This document shows positions 1 to 11,850 of a stretch of 64,000 bases of DNA, piece by piece; the first letter of the stretch is position 1; each line of letters opens with the position of its first letter. Both the position numbers and the translations under genes were made by a program. Origin of the DNA: Hormiphora californensis. Its lineage: Eukaryota; Animalia; Ctenophora. A model generated the notes under the pieces. That model was not told the origin of the DNA. It made no database searches and saw only the letters and a program-made list of their open reading frames with translations. The stretch is from contig CM035350.1 in NCBI GenBank assembly GCA_020137815.1, forward strand, positions 9,672,001-9,736,000. The letters are read 5' to 3'.

Positions 1-1852
1 AAAGTTTCTTAGAGATTAGGTGGGTCAAAGTGGGAAAATTTCTTAGAGATAAGGTGAGTCAAAGTGGGAAAGTTTCTTAGAGATTAGGTGGGTTAAAATG
101 GGAAAGTTTCTTAAAGATTAGGTGGCTCAAAATGGGAAAGTTTCTTAGAGATTAGGGGGATCAAACTTCAAACTCAAAGTGGGAAAATTTCTTAGAGATT
201 AGGTGGGTCAAAGTGGGAAATTTTCTTAGAGATAAGGTGAGTCAAAGTGGGAAAGTTTCTTAGAGACTAGGTGGGTCAAAGTGGGAAAGTTTCTTAGAGA
301 TAAGGTGAGTCAAAGTGGGAAAGTTTCTTAGATATTAGGTGGGTTAAAATGGGAAAGTTTCTTAGAGATAAGGTGAGTCAAAGTGGGAAAGTTTCTTAGA
401 GATTAGGTGGGTTAAAATGGGAAAGTTTCTTAGAGATTAGGTGGCTCAAAGTGGGAAAGTTTCTTAGAGATTAGGTGGGTTAAAATGGGAAAGTTTCTTA
501 GAGATAAGCTGAGTCAAAGTGGGAAAGTTTCGTAGAGATTAGGTGGCTCAAAGTGGGAAAGTTTCTTAGAGATAAGGTGGGTTAAAATGGGAAAGTTTCT
601 TAGAGATTAGGGGGATCAAACTTCAAACTCAAAGTGGGAAAATTTCTTAGAGATTAGGTGGGTCAAAGTGGGAAATTTTCTTAGAGATAAGGTGAGTCAA
701 AGTGGAAAAGTTTCTTAGAGATTAGGTGGGTCAAAGTGGGAAAGTTTCTTAGAGATAAGGTGAATCAAAGTGGGAAAGTTTCTTAGAGATTAGGTGGGTT
801 AAAATGGGAAAGTTTCTTAGAGATTAGGTGGGTCAAAGTGGGAAAGTTTCTTAGAGATAAGGTGCAGTGAGTCAAAGTGGGAAAGTTTCTTAGAGTGTCG
901 AAAGTTTTTTAGAGATTAGGTGGCTCAAAGTGGGACTGGGAAAATTTCTTAGAGATAAGGTGGATCAAAGTGGGAAATTTTCTTAGAGATAAGGTGAGTC
1001 AAAGTGTGAAAGTTTCTTAGAGATTAGGTGGGTTAAAATGGGAAAGTTTCTTAGAGATTAGGTGGGTTAAAATGGCAAAGTTTCTTAGAGATAAGGTGAG
1101 TCAAAGTGGGAAAGTTTCTTAGAGATTAGGTGGGTTAAAATGGGAAAGTTTCTTAGAGATTAGGTGGGTAAAAGTGGGAAAGTTTCTTAGAGATTAGGTG
1201 GGTTAAAATGGGAAAGTTTCTTAGAGATAAGGTGAGTCAAAGTGGGAAATTTTCTTAGAGATAAGGTGAGTTAAGGTGGGTCACAGTGGGAAATTTTCTT
1301 AGAGATTAGGTGGGTCAAAGTGGGAAAGTTTCTTAGAGATAAGGTGCAGTGAGTCAAAGTGGGAAAGTTTCTTATAGTGTCGAAAGTTTCTTAGAGATAA
1401 GGTAAGTCAAAGTGGGAAAGTTTCTTAGAGATTAGGTGGGTTAAAATGGGAAAGTTTCTTAGAGATTAGGTGGCTCAAAGTGGGACTGGGAAAATTTCTT
1501 AGAGATAAGGTGGGTCAAAGTGGGAAAATTTCTTAGAGATTAGGTGGGTTAAAATGGGAAAGTTTCTTAGAGATTAGGTGGCTCAAAGTGGGACTGGGAA
1601 AATTTCTTAGAGATAAGGTGGGTCAAAGTGGGAAATATTCTTAGAGATAAGGTGGGTCAAAGTGGGAAATATTCTTAGAGATAAGGTGAGTCAAAGTGGG
1701 AAAGTTTCTTAGAGATTAGGTGGGTCAAAGTGTGAAATTTTCTTAGAGATAAGGTGAGTCAAAGTGTCGAATGTTTCTTAGAGATTAGGTGGGTCAAGGT
1801 GGGAAAGTTTCTTAGAGATGAGGTGAGTCAAAGTGGGAACGTTTCTTAGAGT
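1..1852. repeat. 34-bp minisatellite (AAAGTTTCTTAGAGATWAGGTGRGTYAAARTGGG)n, roughly 50 copies, running off the window start
   Basis: Directly visible tandem array with point variants and a few short insertions. Confidence 0.97.
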
Positions 1853-1893
1853 GGTTAGATCTAGAGAAGTTAAATCTTGCTTGTTAATTGGTA

Positions 1894-2225
1894 ACATAGA
1901 CACCTGGCGCGACCCCCGCAGTCCGCAAACATTTGTCGGCTCCGCCCCCTAAAAAAGGGTCGTGTCTTTCAAGGCTTTTTGCACGCGATCCACTGGACCG
2001 ATTTACATCCCGCTTGTCGCAAAAGACTGCAAATTTGACTCAATTCCTGTTGACAGACAAACTTCTAGGGTATTTTCCAGCATATTATGATCGAATTTGT
2101 AGTCTTTTGCGACAAACCGGATGCAAATCGGTCCAGTGGATCGCGTGCAACATCCCTTGAAAGAAACGACCCTTTTTGGGGCGGAGCCGTCACGTGTGTG
2201 CGGGGGTCGCGCCAGGTCTCTATGT
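1894..2225. mobile_element. MITE / foldback element
   Basis: Terminal inverted repeats ACATAGACACCTGGCGCGACCCCCGCA ... TGCGGGGGTCGCGCCAGGTCTCTATGT, with further inverted blocks inside. No clear TSD. Confidence 0.8.
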
Positions 2226-2684
2226 CAGTGTCACCAAGCTTGTTAAAACATGTTCATGTTGTATTTGATTTGTTTTCATTCACTGAGTACTGACATATGC
2301 GCATTTTCCTCGTAACTTGACTGGATCTAATGGCGAGTTCGTCATATGGAGAACTCTCAGGCGCGCTCACCAGCGCTTATAATTACGCGCTATAATAGCG
2401 CCGCGCATTTTACTGTAAAGCCGCGCGCGTGCTCGTTTCGGCCCGGTCAGAATTTGATGAGTCACCGCACCGAGACGAGACCCGAAATTTTCTTAAACTT
2501 TTTGTCTTTTTTATTTTTGTTTGGCATGTGCTTCTTGAAAATTTCTCCTTTTTTTGGCATGCGCTAAAGTCCATTTTTATTCAACTGTTCACCCCTCAAC
2601 TCGTGCGCGTGCGATATTTTAATTTACGCTGCGCGCGCTACACGTTAACATGCCACTATTTCACCAGTCGTCAGCACCGCTAAA

Positions 2685-3188
2685 GTGACTATTCTCAACG
2701 TACCACTGGAGACCGAAGGTGTTGGAAAGGACGCCATCAATAAATTAGTTTTGCACAACCTTGAATCCAAAAACCCGTGGATCAAATCTAGCAACACCAC
2801 TGTGGTTGATGTAAAGAGTCACTTTAAAAACAAGCAGTTGTGCAATGTGGCTCTTAGACTTCCAGTAGCCATCCAGAAGCGTGTACTGGATGATGGTAAG
2901 TTATACTACGGGAGATCACGGCTAAATGTTGAGGAGCGCTTTCACATTCAACAATGCTATAAATGCCAGGGTTTCAACCATGTGAGCAAGGACTGTACTA
3001 GTGAAGTCTCAGTCTGTAAACGTTGTGGCGGTGACCATGATGTGAAGCAATGCGATGCTACATCTACGAAACTGTGCGTTAATTGCAATAACTCATCGGA
3101 GCATAAATCCAGCTCCCATTCTCACTACAGTGGTTATCGTCTGTGTCCCGTTCGGGTCAGTGTCATTAACAGGATGGCAAAAAACTAG
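2685..3188 (+). CDS. LINE ORF1, C-terminal part with gag-like CCHC zinc knuckles
   Basis: CYKCQGFNHVSKDC, CKRCGGDHDVKQC and CVNC...H...CP. No ATG and a stop immediately upstream, so truncated. Confidence 0.8.
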   Translation: MTILNVPLETEGVGKDAINKLVLHNLESKNPWIKSSNTTVVDVKSHFKNKQLCNVALRLPVAIQKRVLDDGKLYYGRSRLNVEERFHIQQCYKCQGFNHVSKDCTSEVSVCKRCGGDHDVKQCDATSTKLCVNCNNSSEHKSSSHSHYSGYRLCPVRVSVINRMAKN

Positions 3189-3190
3189 AG

Positions 3191-6136
3191 ATGTCAGGGG
3201 TTCCTCATCTCCGATTTGGAAGCTTGAACTGTTTCTCCCTTCGTAACAAACTGGAGGAGATTATGGTGCTTATTTCTGAACAGTGCATTGATGTTATGTG
3301 CATCACTGAGTCATGGCTTCATGTCGAGGAACATGCGATCTCAAGACATATCTCTGAATTTGACTATCAGTTGATAAGTTTATCTAGAGGTTCCAGAGGA
3401 GGAGGTGTAGCAGTAATATGCAAAAATGGCTTAACTGTGAAGCGACCGAAGACGAATCGCCAATTTTCGTCATATGAGTGCCTAGTGGTTACAGTGGAAG
3501 GACCCGGAGTTCAACTTACTAGAGTAGCTGTTGTGTATCGTCCACCTGATTCAACAAAACAGGCTGTCTTCTTAGACGAGTTCGAACAATTTTTGTCGGC
3601 TTTCTCCACTTTGAATGGACACCTGCTAATCACTGGCGACTTTAACATCCATGCTGAAAACCCCAGCTGTAATTTTTCGAACAACTTTATGCAAATAGTT
3701 GAAGATCATAACTGGCACCAGAAGATTAACCAGCCGACTCATATAAACGGTGGTTGGCTTGACCTGGTTTTAGCAGGAGATGAATATCTGTTGAGTGATG
3801 TAGATGTTATACCAACTCCAGAGGTTCCTGATCATTTTCTTGTATCATTTAATGTTCACTGTGGTTCAGCAAACCGACCATCTCTGAAAAAGACAGTTAC
3901 ATGCCGAGCTATGAGAAAAATAACAGCTGAAGCTATAACAGATATGATCCAGAAATCTGAACTGAAAGGACCACTGTTTCCTGGCCGCTCTCTTGCTGAC
4001 TGCGTTGAAATGTACCAGGAGCTTTTACTTGATATATTGGATGAACTAGCACCTCTTGAGGAAAAATCTATCCGGGTTGGAGGAAAACCTCAATGGTTTG
4101 ATAATGCCTGCTACAATGTGCTGAGAAGTCGACGCAAGGCTGAACGCAAGTACAAAAAGCTTTACAGAAAAAAGCTGCGGAAGCCCACCAGGGTGTCCTT
4201 TGAAGAGCTTGATCGAGCTGAGTTGGAGTTTGTGAAAGAAGTGCGATGTGCACGGTCTGTGTTTCGAAAAGCGAGGAGAGAGTACTTTAGAAGACGTCTT
4301 GAAGCTGTCGAAGGAAATCCTTCTGCAACTTATCAACTTCTGAACTACCTACTTGGTAAAGATAAAACTCCCCGTCAACTACCAACCGTTGCTGATCCTG
4401 CCAAACTACCAGAAATGCTAAACGACTTCTTCCATTCGAAGGTCAGATGTATTTACGATGATATTCGCAACGACCCAGCATTCTCGGAAACTCTGCCTGT
4501 CCTTCCGGATTTGACGCCAGAATCGCCAATCTCTCCTGTATTTGCATCGTTTAAACCTGTGTCTGATGAACAACTGGTAACAACCATCCGAAGTATGAAT
4601 CAAAAACATTGTGCTCTCGATCCACTTCCTACTTCGATTTTAACTGCAGTACTTCCTCATCTTGTTCCCCTCCTGTCAAAAATTGTCAACATGAGCTTAT
4701 CAGAAGGGGAAGTTCCAGAAAGTCTGAAGAGAGCTATCATAAGACCTGCTTACAAAAATTCATCTCTGGATCCGGATGAGCTCAAGAGTTATAGACCCAT
4801 CTCAAACTTATCTTTCCTCTCGAAAGTGATAGAGAAGTGTGTGTCAGACCAGTTGATAGGACACATAGAAAAACATGATCTATTTGCTAAGTTCCAATCT
4901 GCTTACAGAACTAACCATAGCTGCGAAACTGCTACAGTGAAGATAGTAAATGACATCCTCATGCAAGTTGACAAAAAATCCCAGGTGATCTTGGTGTTGT
5001 TGGATTTGTCTGCCGCTTTCGACACCATTTCTCATTCCAAACTATTAAATCGACTTGAGACTGAATATCGAATTGGAGGTCGAGTTCTCAAATGGATAAA
5101 GTCATATCTGTCTGGACGGTCTGCTAGGGTCAGGATTGGATCCATGGAGTCTAGTTCTAAGCCCATCGAGATTGGCGTTCCCCAGGGATCCATTCTGGGA
5201 CCTCTTTTGTTCATCTTGTACACAAAGGATCTGGAAAAGATTGCTGCTCTATATGGTCTCAGCCTCCATATGTACGCAGATGACTCTCAGCTTTACATCT
5301 CCTTTCTGCCAGACTCCATCGCTGATGTCATTGATAGGTTACAGAAATGTGTGGCACATATAAGGGTGTGGATGGCACACAATATGCTGAAACTAAATCC
5401 TGACAAAACAGAAGTGCTCATCTTGAAGAGTAAATGGAGCAAAGCAGCAGAAACTGAGACTATTCAAATTGATCCAGAAGAGGAGGAAACGGCAATCGCT
5501 CCATCTGCAAGAAACTTGGGTGTAATATTTGACAGTACCCTATCCATGTCTGATCACGTTACTAAAGTTGTTCGAGCATGTAACTTTCAACTTGTGCAAA
5601 TGTGGAGGATTGCGGGGAAACTCAACAAGATGCAGAAAACGAAGCTGGTGACTACTCTCATCCATAGCCGGCTAGATTACTGCAATTCCCTGTTGTCTTC
5701 TATGAAAGATAGTGATCTAAAAAGACTCCAAAAGATACAAAACGCTGCGACGAGATTTATATACGGCAAGAGGGGCAGACGTGGTGTGACAAAACTGAGA
5801 ATGAAATCACATTTCTTGCCTGTAAGACAACGAATAGAGTATAAAATTTGTTTACTGGTATTCAAGACTCTAAACGGACTATCTCCCCCCTATATGGCTG
5901 AAATGTTGGAGAAGCGACCCCAGAAAGTTCAGTCACTCAGAATTGACAAAGATGAAACTGCACTCAAGGAAATACGGAGAAGTGAGTTTCACTACGACAA
6001 CACCAAGGGAGCGTTCAGTATTGTAGCTCCAAAACTGTGGAATGAATTACCACGAGCGATACGTGACTCAGAATCCCTATCATCTTTCAAAACAGCATTG
6101 AAGACACACCTCTTCTCTAAAGCATACGGACAGTAA
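3191..6136 (+). CDS. LINE ORF2: APE endonuclease + reverse transcriptase (981 aa)
   Basis: EN motifs CITESW, VYRPP, GDFN, LDLV, DH. RT motifs YRPISNL, LDLSAAFD, GVPQGSILGP, YADD. L2/Crack-type C-terminus (HFLPVRQRI...LWNELP...FKTALKTHLF). Confidence 0.96.
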   Translation: MSGVPHLRFGSLNCFSLRNKLEEIMVLISEQCIDVMCITESWLHVEEHAISRHISEFDYQLISLSRGSRGGGVAVICKNGLTVKRPKTNRQFSSYECLVVTVEGPGVQLTRVAVVYRPPDSTKQAVFLDEFEQFLSAFSTLNGHLLITGDFNIHAENPSCNFSNNFMQIVEDHNWHQKINQPTHINGGWLDLVLAGDEYLLSDVDVIPTPEVPDHFLVSFNVHCGSANRPSLKKTVTCRAMRKITAEAITDMIQKSELKGPLFPGRSLADCVEMYQELLLDILDELAPLEEKSIRVGGKPQWFDNACYNVLRSRRKAERKYKKLYRKKLRKPTRVSFEELDRAELEFVKEVRCARSVFRKARREYFRRRLEAVEGNPSATYQLLNYLLGKDKTPRQLPTVADPAKLPEMLNDFFHSKVRCIYDDIRNDPAFSETLPVLPDLTPESPISPVFASFKPVSDEQLVTTIRSMNQKHCALDPLPTSILTAVLPHLVPLLSKIVNMSLSEGEVPESLKRAIIRPAYKNSSLDPDELKSYRPISNLSFLSKVIEKCVSDQLIGHIEKHDLFAKFQSAYRTNHSCETATVKIVNDILMQVDKKSQVILVLLDLSAAFDTISHSKLLNRLETEYRIGGRVLKWIKSYLSGRSARVRIGSMESSSKPIEIGVPQGSILGPLLFILYTKDLEKIAALYGLSLHMYADDSQLYISFLPDSIADVIDRLQKCVAHIRVWMAHNMLKLNPDKTEVLILKSKWSKAAETETIQIDPEEEETAIAPSARNLGVIFDSTLSMSDHVTKVVRACNFQLVQMWRIAGKLNKMQKTKLVTTLIHSRLDYCNSLLSSMKDSDLKRLQKIQNAATRFIYGKRGRRGVTKLRMKSHFLPVRQRIEYKICLLVFKTLNGLSPPYMAEMLEKRPQKVQSLRIDKDETALKEIRRSEFHYDNTKGAFSIVAPKLWNELPRAIRDSESLSSFKTALKTHLFSKAYGQ

Positions 6137-6764
6137 TTGCCTTGTAATATCAGTCCTGGGTCCTTTTACTCCAACATAATTTCACATCGGTTTTCCGGGT
6201 CCTTCTACTTCGACTTATTTTCCATCACTTCCGGCATCAGCCCTTTCCCCTTCTGCAAAATCATTCCTGGGTCCTTTTACTTCAACCTAATATCACATCG
6301 GTCTCTGGGTCCCTTTACTGTACTGCTTAATCCATATCAGCTGCAGCGTTATATTATGTTGACTTGTTTTACATGTGTGTTATAATTACTATTAAATTCG
6401 TGTGTCACCCAATCATATAATCAATGTGTGAGATGACTAATGAAAATAAACTTTTATATAATTTATTGATTGACTCGATGATTCGGACAGTACCTAATGT
6501 GCTTACATATTTCTAGTTACCTTAATGTTGAAATCCGCTTGAGGTAACTAGTAATATTAATTTATTACCGGGTCTGGTTATGTGTTGTCATACTGTACTA
6601 TGCATATCCAGGCTCGTATAGTGTATGAGCGGATGTTGATTTTATTGACATTATAAATTCTGTTTTAATCTTGTAATCTTGTAATCTTGTAAATAAACGC
6701 GCAAAAAAATTCCGCGCACGACTTTGGGGGGTGAACAGTTGAAAAAAATGGACATTACAGACCC

Positions 6765-6998
6765 CTAAAGTACTCCCCAAACTACTATGTCCCTCACTCG
6801 GGTTTTGTGAAATTTCCTACGGTCATAATTCCACTCCCTGATGAGATAAAGACTTGAAATTTATTTTGCAGGAAGAACTCGACATGATCTCCTCACAAAA
6901 TAAATTTCAAGTCTCTATCTTATCAGGGGGTGGAGCTATGGCTGTCTAAAATCCGGTCGCGCGCAGCAAGGGACATAATAGTTTGGGAGGACCTTTAG
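6765..6998. mobile_element. Palindromic MITE-like element
   Basis: CTAAAGTACTCCCCAAACTACTATGTCCCT pairs imperfectly with AGGGACATAATAGTTTGGGAGGACCTTTAG. Inner arms GATAAAGACTTGAAATTTATTTTG / CAAAATAAATTTCAAGTCTCTATC. Confidence 0.7.
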
Positions 6999-7697
6999 TG
7001 CGCGCGTTAAACGCCGCGTTTTCCACGGCTTCTAAAGTTTCAGAGGGCCATTTTTTTGTCCTCAAACTTTTGAAAACTATCAGCACCAAAGAAGGAATTT
7101 CCCGGAATTTCATCAGCACCAAAGTCAATTCAGACCTTGGAGGCTTTTGAACTTTATTATGGTTCACTATAGTGCAGTGTACCATCCAGAATATCAAGAG
7201 AGCTCCCCATTCAAAAGATACCGCTCTTATATCTTGAAGTGGTATCTCCTGGATGTGGTGTCACCTCATCTAGAAGAGACCACATCTAAGTGGTGCGCTC
7301 TTGAACTTTTGCATGGTTCACTATCCGTAAAAAGCTCAAAGATATACATGTCCCTTGAATTGTGCTGCAGTCCCTTCATGCGCTCATGCCACAATACAAC
7401 TTGTGGCCTGTACCCATATCTAAAAAAGAAAGAAAAAAAGCAGATATATCTGATCCCACTGGTCACTATCAGTAGTGCACTACTTTAATAATAACTAGCC
7501 GTAATGAAATGATCTGAGTGAGAAGATATCTAGATTATTTTGTTTATTGAGGGACAGCAGAGGCGAAGCTAGGCTGGGTCCAGTGGGTCCAGGACCCACT
7601 TTTTGGCCGAGAGAAGAGAAAAAAATAGGAAAACTTGCTAAAAAAGTGAAAAAATCGACAAAAATAAACAAATAAAACGAATGTGTGCGAGAAAAGC

Positions 7698-7853
7698 TAA
7701 AGTCGGGTTTTTTTGAAGTTGTCACCCCCCTTTTCGTGTGCGGAATGTTTTTGCACGTCCTATCACATGTTAAGGTATGGCATGCGCATCAAAATTGATA
7801 AATTTCACATGCGTGGTCATTTTGGGGTGACAACTTCAAAAAATCCGACTTTA
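7698..7853. mobile_element. ~160-bp MITE, copy 1
   Basis: TIR TAAAGTCGGRTTTTTTGAAGTTGTCACCCC at both ends. Second copy at 25619-25781. Confidence 0.85.
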
Positions 7854-7913
7854 ATGCGGCAGCGCTATTGATCAATGCAATGTGGTGTGTTTCACAGTAC
7901 ACAAATTACTTAC

Positions 7914-8087
7914 CAGCACAATGCGGTACATGACTTGACCATGATCCATCCTGCTGACAAGTCAGTTCTGCACTTCCCACAAGGATAAGGTTGGTAGCAC
8001 ATTTTATGGTGGCAGTTGTCCCTGCCGGTGAGACAGCCCAGCTTCCTTGTGTCGATCCCTCATCAGTAAAGGCAGGACAGTTGGGTG
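7914..8087 (-). CDS. Single phase 1-1 exon encoding a complete Sushi/CCP domain; rest of the gene not resolved
   Basis: Translates as PNCPAFTDEGSTQGSWAVSPAGTTATIKCATNLILVGSAELTCQQDGSWSSHVPHCA (four Cys plus GxW). Bounded by ..TTAAG and GTAAGT, 174 nt. Absent from the ORF track. Confidence 0.75.
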
Positions 8088-8092
8088 CTTAA

Positions 8093-8766
8093 AGTAAGAG
8101 TGGCGCGCCGTGTTTTCTCACAAAACTTAGTGGATGAACGGGGAGTACCACCAGGACCATTGGTACGGTATCGAAAATTTCCAATTCTGTCTCGTTCATT
8201 AGTTATGACGTAATATGTTCATTATTAAAACTTTTATAAAATTGCTCTACAGAAAAATCTGTGCATTGTGGATTGAAATGGATGCTTGCATCGTGTTCAG
8301 CGTCAAAAAATAGCCGGGGTACAAAATTTTGGTGTCTCTACCTTGTCTGTGATGCGAGATATTGACAAATATCAAAAACGACCAAAGTGAGAGAAAGAGA
8401 GTTTGTTACTTTTGGGTGGCACGCACAAACAACTAGCACCCAAAAATAACAAACTCTCTTTCTCCCATTTTGGTCGTTTTTGATAATTGTCGATATCTCG
8501 CGCCACAGACAAGGTAGAGACACCAAAATTTGGTACCCCGGCTATTTTTTGACGCTGAACACGATGCAAGCATCCATTTCAATCCACAATGCACAGATTT
8601 TTCTAAAGAGCAATTTTATAAAAGTTTAAATAATGAACATATTATATACGTCATAACTAATGAACGAGACAGAATTGGAAATTTTCGATACCGTACCAAT
8701 GGTCCTGGTGGTACTCCCCTTTCATCCACTAAGTTTTGTGAGAAAACACGGTGCGCCACTCTTACT
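8093..8766. mobile_element. Near-perfect ~670-bp palindromic non-autonomous DNA transposon, Kolobok-like
   Basis: Two ~320-bp arms are reverse complements. Termini AGTAAGAGTGG...CCACTCTTACT, flanked by TTAA on both sides. Confidence 0.85.
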
Positions 8767-10252
8767 TTAATGGAATGAGTAAGGAATTAGTTCATTAATG
8801 GAGTTTACAGCTATAGGTCCTGTATTGTACTTTACACAGTGACATGGCATTTACTGCCCCGGGGATTCACCAACACCCAGTTTGGAGGAGCTAGGCTGTC
8901 TCATGGAAGGGTAATGGACTCCTGGGTCTCTATTCGTCGACTAACTGGTTTTTTATGCTGAGTGGACTACTGAGGAGGAAGACTGTTCTGTTGCCTGTGA
9001 TGTACCCGTGGACTGGCTGATGTGTAAGGGGGCGATAGTGAGCGCACGAAGCGCGAGTTCCAGTTGAAGCAGCCACGGGGAATTTACGCCTCTGTTGCCG
9101 AGTGGAGCAATTTACACAGAGGTACTTCTCTGGGCCTTTGTTAACCTAGCTGGGCCTAGACGGGAACAGACAGGATATTCCAACGTACGAAGCTCTTGTG
9201 GATGGACCAGTGGAATCTCGCGGATAAGAAGACAGATTTTGAAGTGTGTGTTTTTAATTTATAATTGTAATTTTAGTAGTTGGGTTATGTGGGTACGAGT
9301 GGGTTAGCATTTTTATTAGTAATCTTAAAGTGTGTTAAAAAATATTCCTCAGACTCAAAAGAGCCAGAGAAATATTTTTTCTTTTTTAGGGGCATATGTT
9401 ATGGGTTGGTTCTATGTGATGCTGTTGAGGCTCTACGTCAGAGTCGCAATAGCATACATGTTTAAAGATATTGTTTAGTCTATCGATTTGGTATTTAGGG
9501 TTGACTAAAATTAAGTTCAGGAGCTTCGGTTCCGCACACCATCTTTCTTGTCGTTCTCGTATCAAAACCAATCTACAACACTATAGACCTGGCGTTATTA
9601 TCCTGCTGGCTATCATGAAATACATATATCATAGCACTGGCAAGTGCCCCGGGAGCCGGACCAAATATCAAAAGTTTTTTTAAGACCCCGGACCCCCATC
9701 TGGCCAGAGGGGGGGGTCCGAGGGTCAAAAAATGCACTTTTCTGAGGTTTACATATGTGATCCAACGGTAGGAAAGTTTTGGATAGGGTAGCTGCCCACC
9801 AAGTGTATCAGGAGGCCCTGTTTTTTGAGGTTAACTTTTCGCCCAAAATGAATGTAAACCTCAAAAAAGCTTGTATTTATGTCACCTACACAGATGAAAA
9901 TGGTACCAATCGATAGATCTTATCAAGGAGACCAAGTGGTCAAAGTTTCAGAGCTCTAAGCCATATAGCTGTTCAGATAATTGAGGTTAACTTATCTCCC
10001 AAAAAACAACCTTTTGTTGGATAACTTCAGGTCCACAATTTCACTTTATGCTCCACTTCCTGAAGAGACGGCTAGGACCTGGGCCTTGAAACTTGGCAGT
10101 TATGATCCTGAGATGGTGAACTAAAAATCTGATGTAACGATTTTTGATTTAGGCCCTAGTTCCTGAAAATCTGAAATATTGAGGTTTACATTTCAAAAAG
10201 TGTGTGTGTTAAACTAAGAGACTGATCCATACCTACTCGCTTAGATAACATA

Positions 10253-11850
10253 ATGGCAGGTATTATGGGGAGAAAACTACAAGCTAAGCTTGCTGATGCC
10301 ATGTCGAAACGAAGTCACTGTAAGTGCTTTATCGTGTTGTAATATCTTTTAACTTTTTAGCGGGACCAAGTTGTTTCCATGTCAGATACTTAATTCACAA
10401 ATCAATCTCCCTGCCTGAGGTCAATTAATCCCCCCTCCCCCAGTTTCGAGAGAGGAGGTAGATCGATTGTTAACAATGTATTCTGCCCTGACGGCCGGTG
10501 GAACCAGATTGGACAGGAACAAGTTCCGAGATGTCCTTCACAACACCTTTGACATGACTGATGATATTCTTATGGACAGAGGTACTAATTGTCATACAAT
10601 TTGTAGCTTGTTATTGGTTTCCTAAACTTGAGTTTAATTTCAATATTACAAGATTCTATAATCTGCAACTAAATCCTGTGTTATTTCCAGTGTTCAGGGC
10701 CTTCGACAAGGACATGGATAGTTTTCTCAGCCAGGAGGAGTGGGTCCTCGGATTGTCTGTCTTCCTGAAGGGAACTCTGGAGGAGCGGGTGGCATACTGT
10801 TTCGATGTGTATGATATGAACAGTGATGGGTATATCAGTCGAGAGGAAATGTTTCAAATGCTCAAGAACTCGATGGTCAAGGTACTCAACGATTTGGTAA
10901 TTCTGTGTGTCAAACACTATCACGTGTATATGTCATGTGTTCGGTGTATGTGCTTCACAGGTCATGCATGAAACTATGTCCGTGATGTTTCTTCTGAATA
11001 CTCAATACGTATTTGCATGTGCTTGTTTGAGGCCGAACTCTTGATCTCTTATTCTTTAGAATTGCTACTAAAACACAAACTGTGCATAACAATTTCTTCC
11101 CCTCTCTCCGTTCTACAATCTACCTAGAGTATAAGATTAGCTCTAATACGAGACCCCCTTTCTCTCCTGCAGCAAACAACAGAAGAGGACCCCGACGAGG
11201 GAATCAAGGATATTGTGGAACTTGTCCTCAAGAAAATGGTGAGTCACAAAGACATCCATTGTAGGAGTGAGTCTGTTTGTCACCAAACATATTGCATTAG
11301 AACGTGTAACAAATCCTGAAAATTATCGGTTGGGTGACCGGAGCGAGAAATGGGGTATGTAATTCTTAGCATTGAGAATTGTGTTTGTTAATCTCACAAG
11401 CAGAGTGTGTATCCACTGTGCTTCTTCCAAGCATGGCAACTGCAGTACAGAATTAATAACACTCCACGGGAGGTCACATTTTCATTATAGACATTAGAGT
11501 CAGCATTCAATCAACACTCGATCTTACTGCCACCCACTGTTATACAGGTAGTGTTAATCCCGACCCTTGCAGGACCACGATCACGATAACCGCCTATCAA
11601 TGGATGATTTTATGAAGAGCGTCAAAGAGGAAGATCTATTGTTGGAAGCTTTCGGACCTTGTCTTCCCGATACCAAGGTAATGTGATTCTGGCCATGGAC
11701 AGTAGAAATACGCTCTTATTTATATCTACTTGATCTTGTTGATAAACCACTTTACTTCTAACCATTAATCTACTTCAGTATCGAGAAAAGTTCCTCGCGG
11801 ATTTGGAATCTGGCAATGTTGATATTGATGTGTCCCAGGCTAAGAGCTGA
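10253..11850 (+). CDS. EFCAB1: Calaxin / EF-hand calcium-binding domain protein 1 (outer dynein arm Ca2+ sensor)
   Basis: Exons 10253-10319, 10444-10581, 10691-10881, 11173-11238, 11573-11677 and 11779-11850 join in frame. Diagnostic peptides [56 protein letters not shown] and [12 protein letters not shown]. Confidence 0.93.

Larger units (their letters stand above)
2685..6692 (+). mobile_element. Non-LTR retrotransposon (L2/CR1 group), 5'-truncated
   Basis: Partial ORF1, intact ORF2, ~550-bp 3' UTR with internal direct repeats, and a (TAATCTTG)3 tandem tail at ~6666-6692. Confidence 0.9.
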
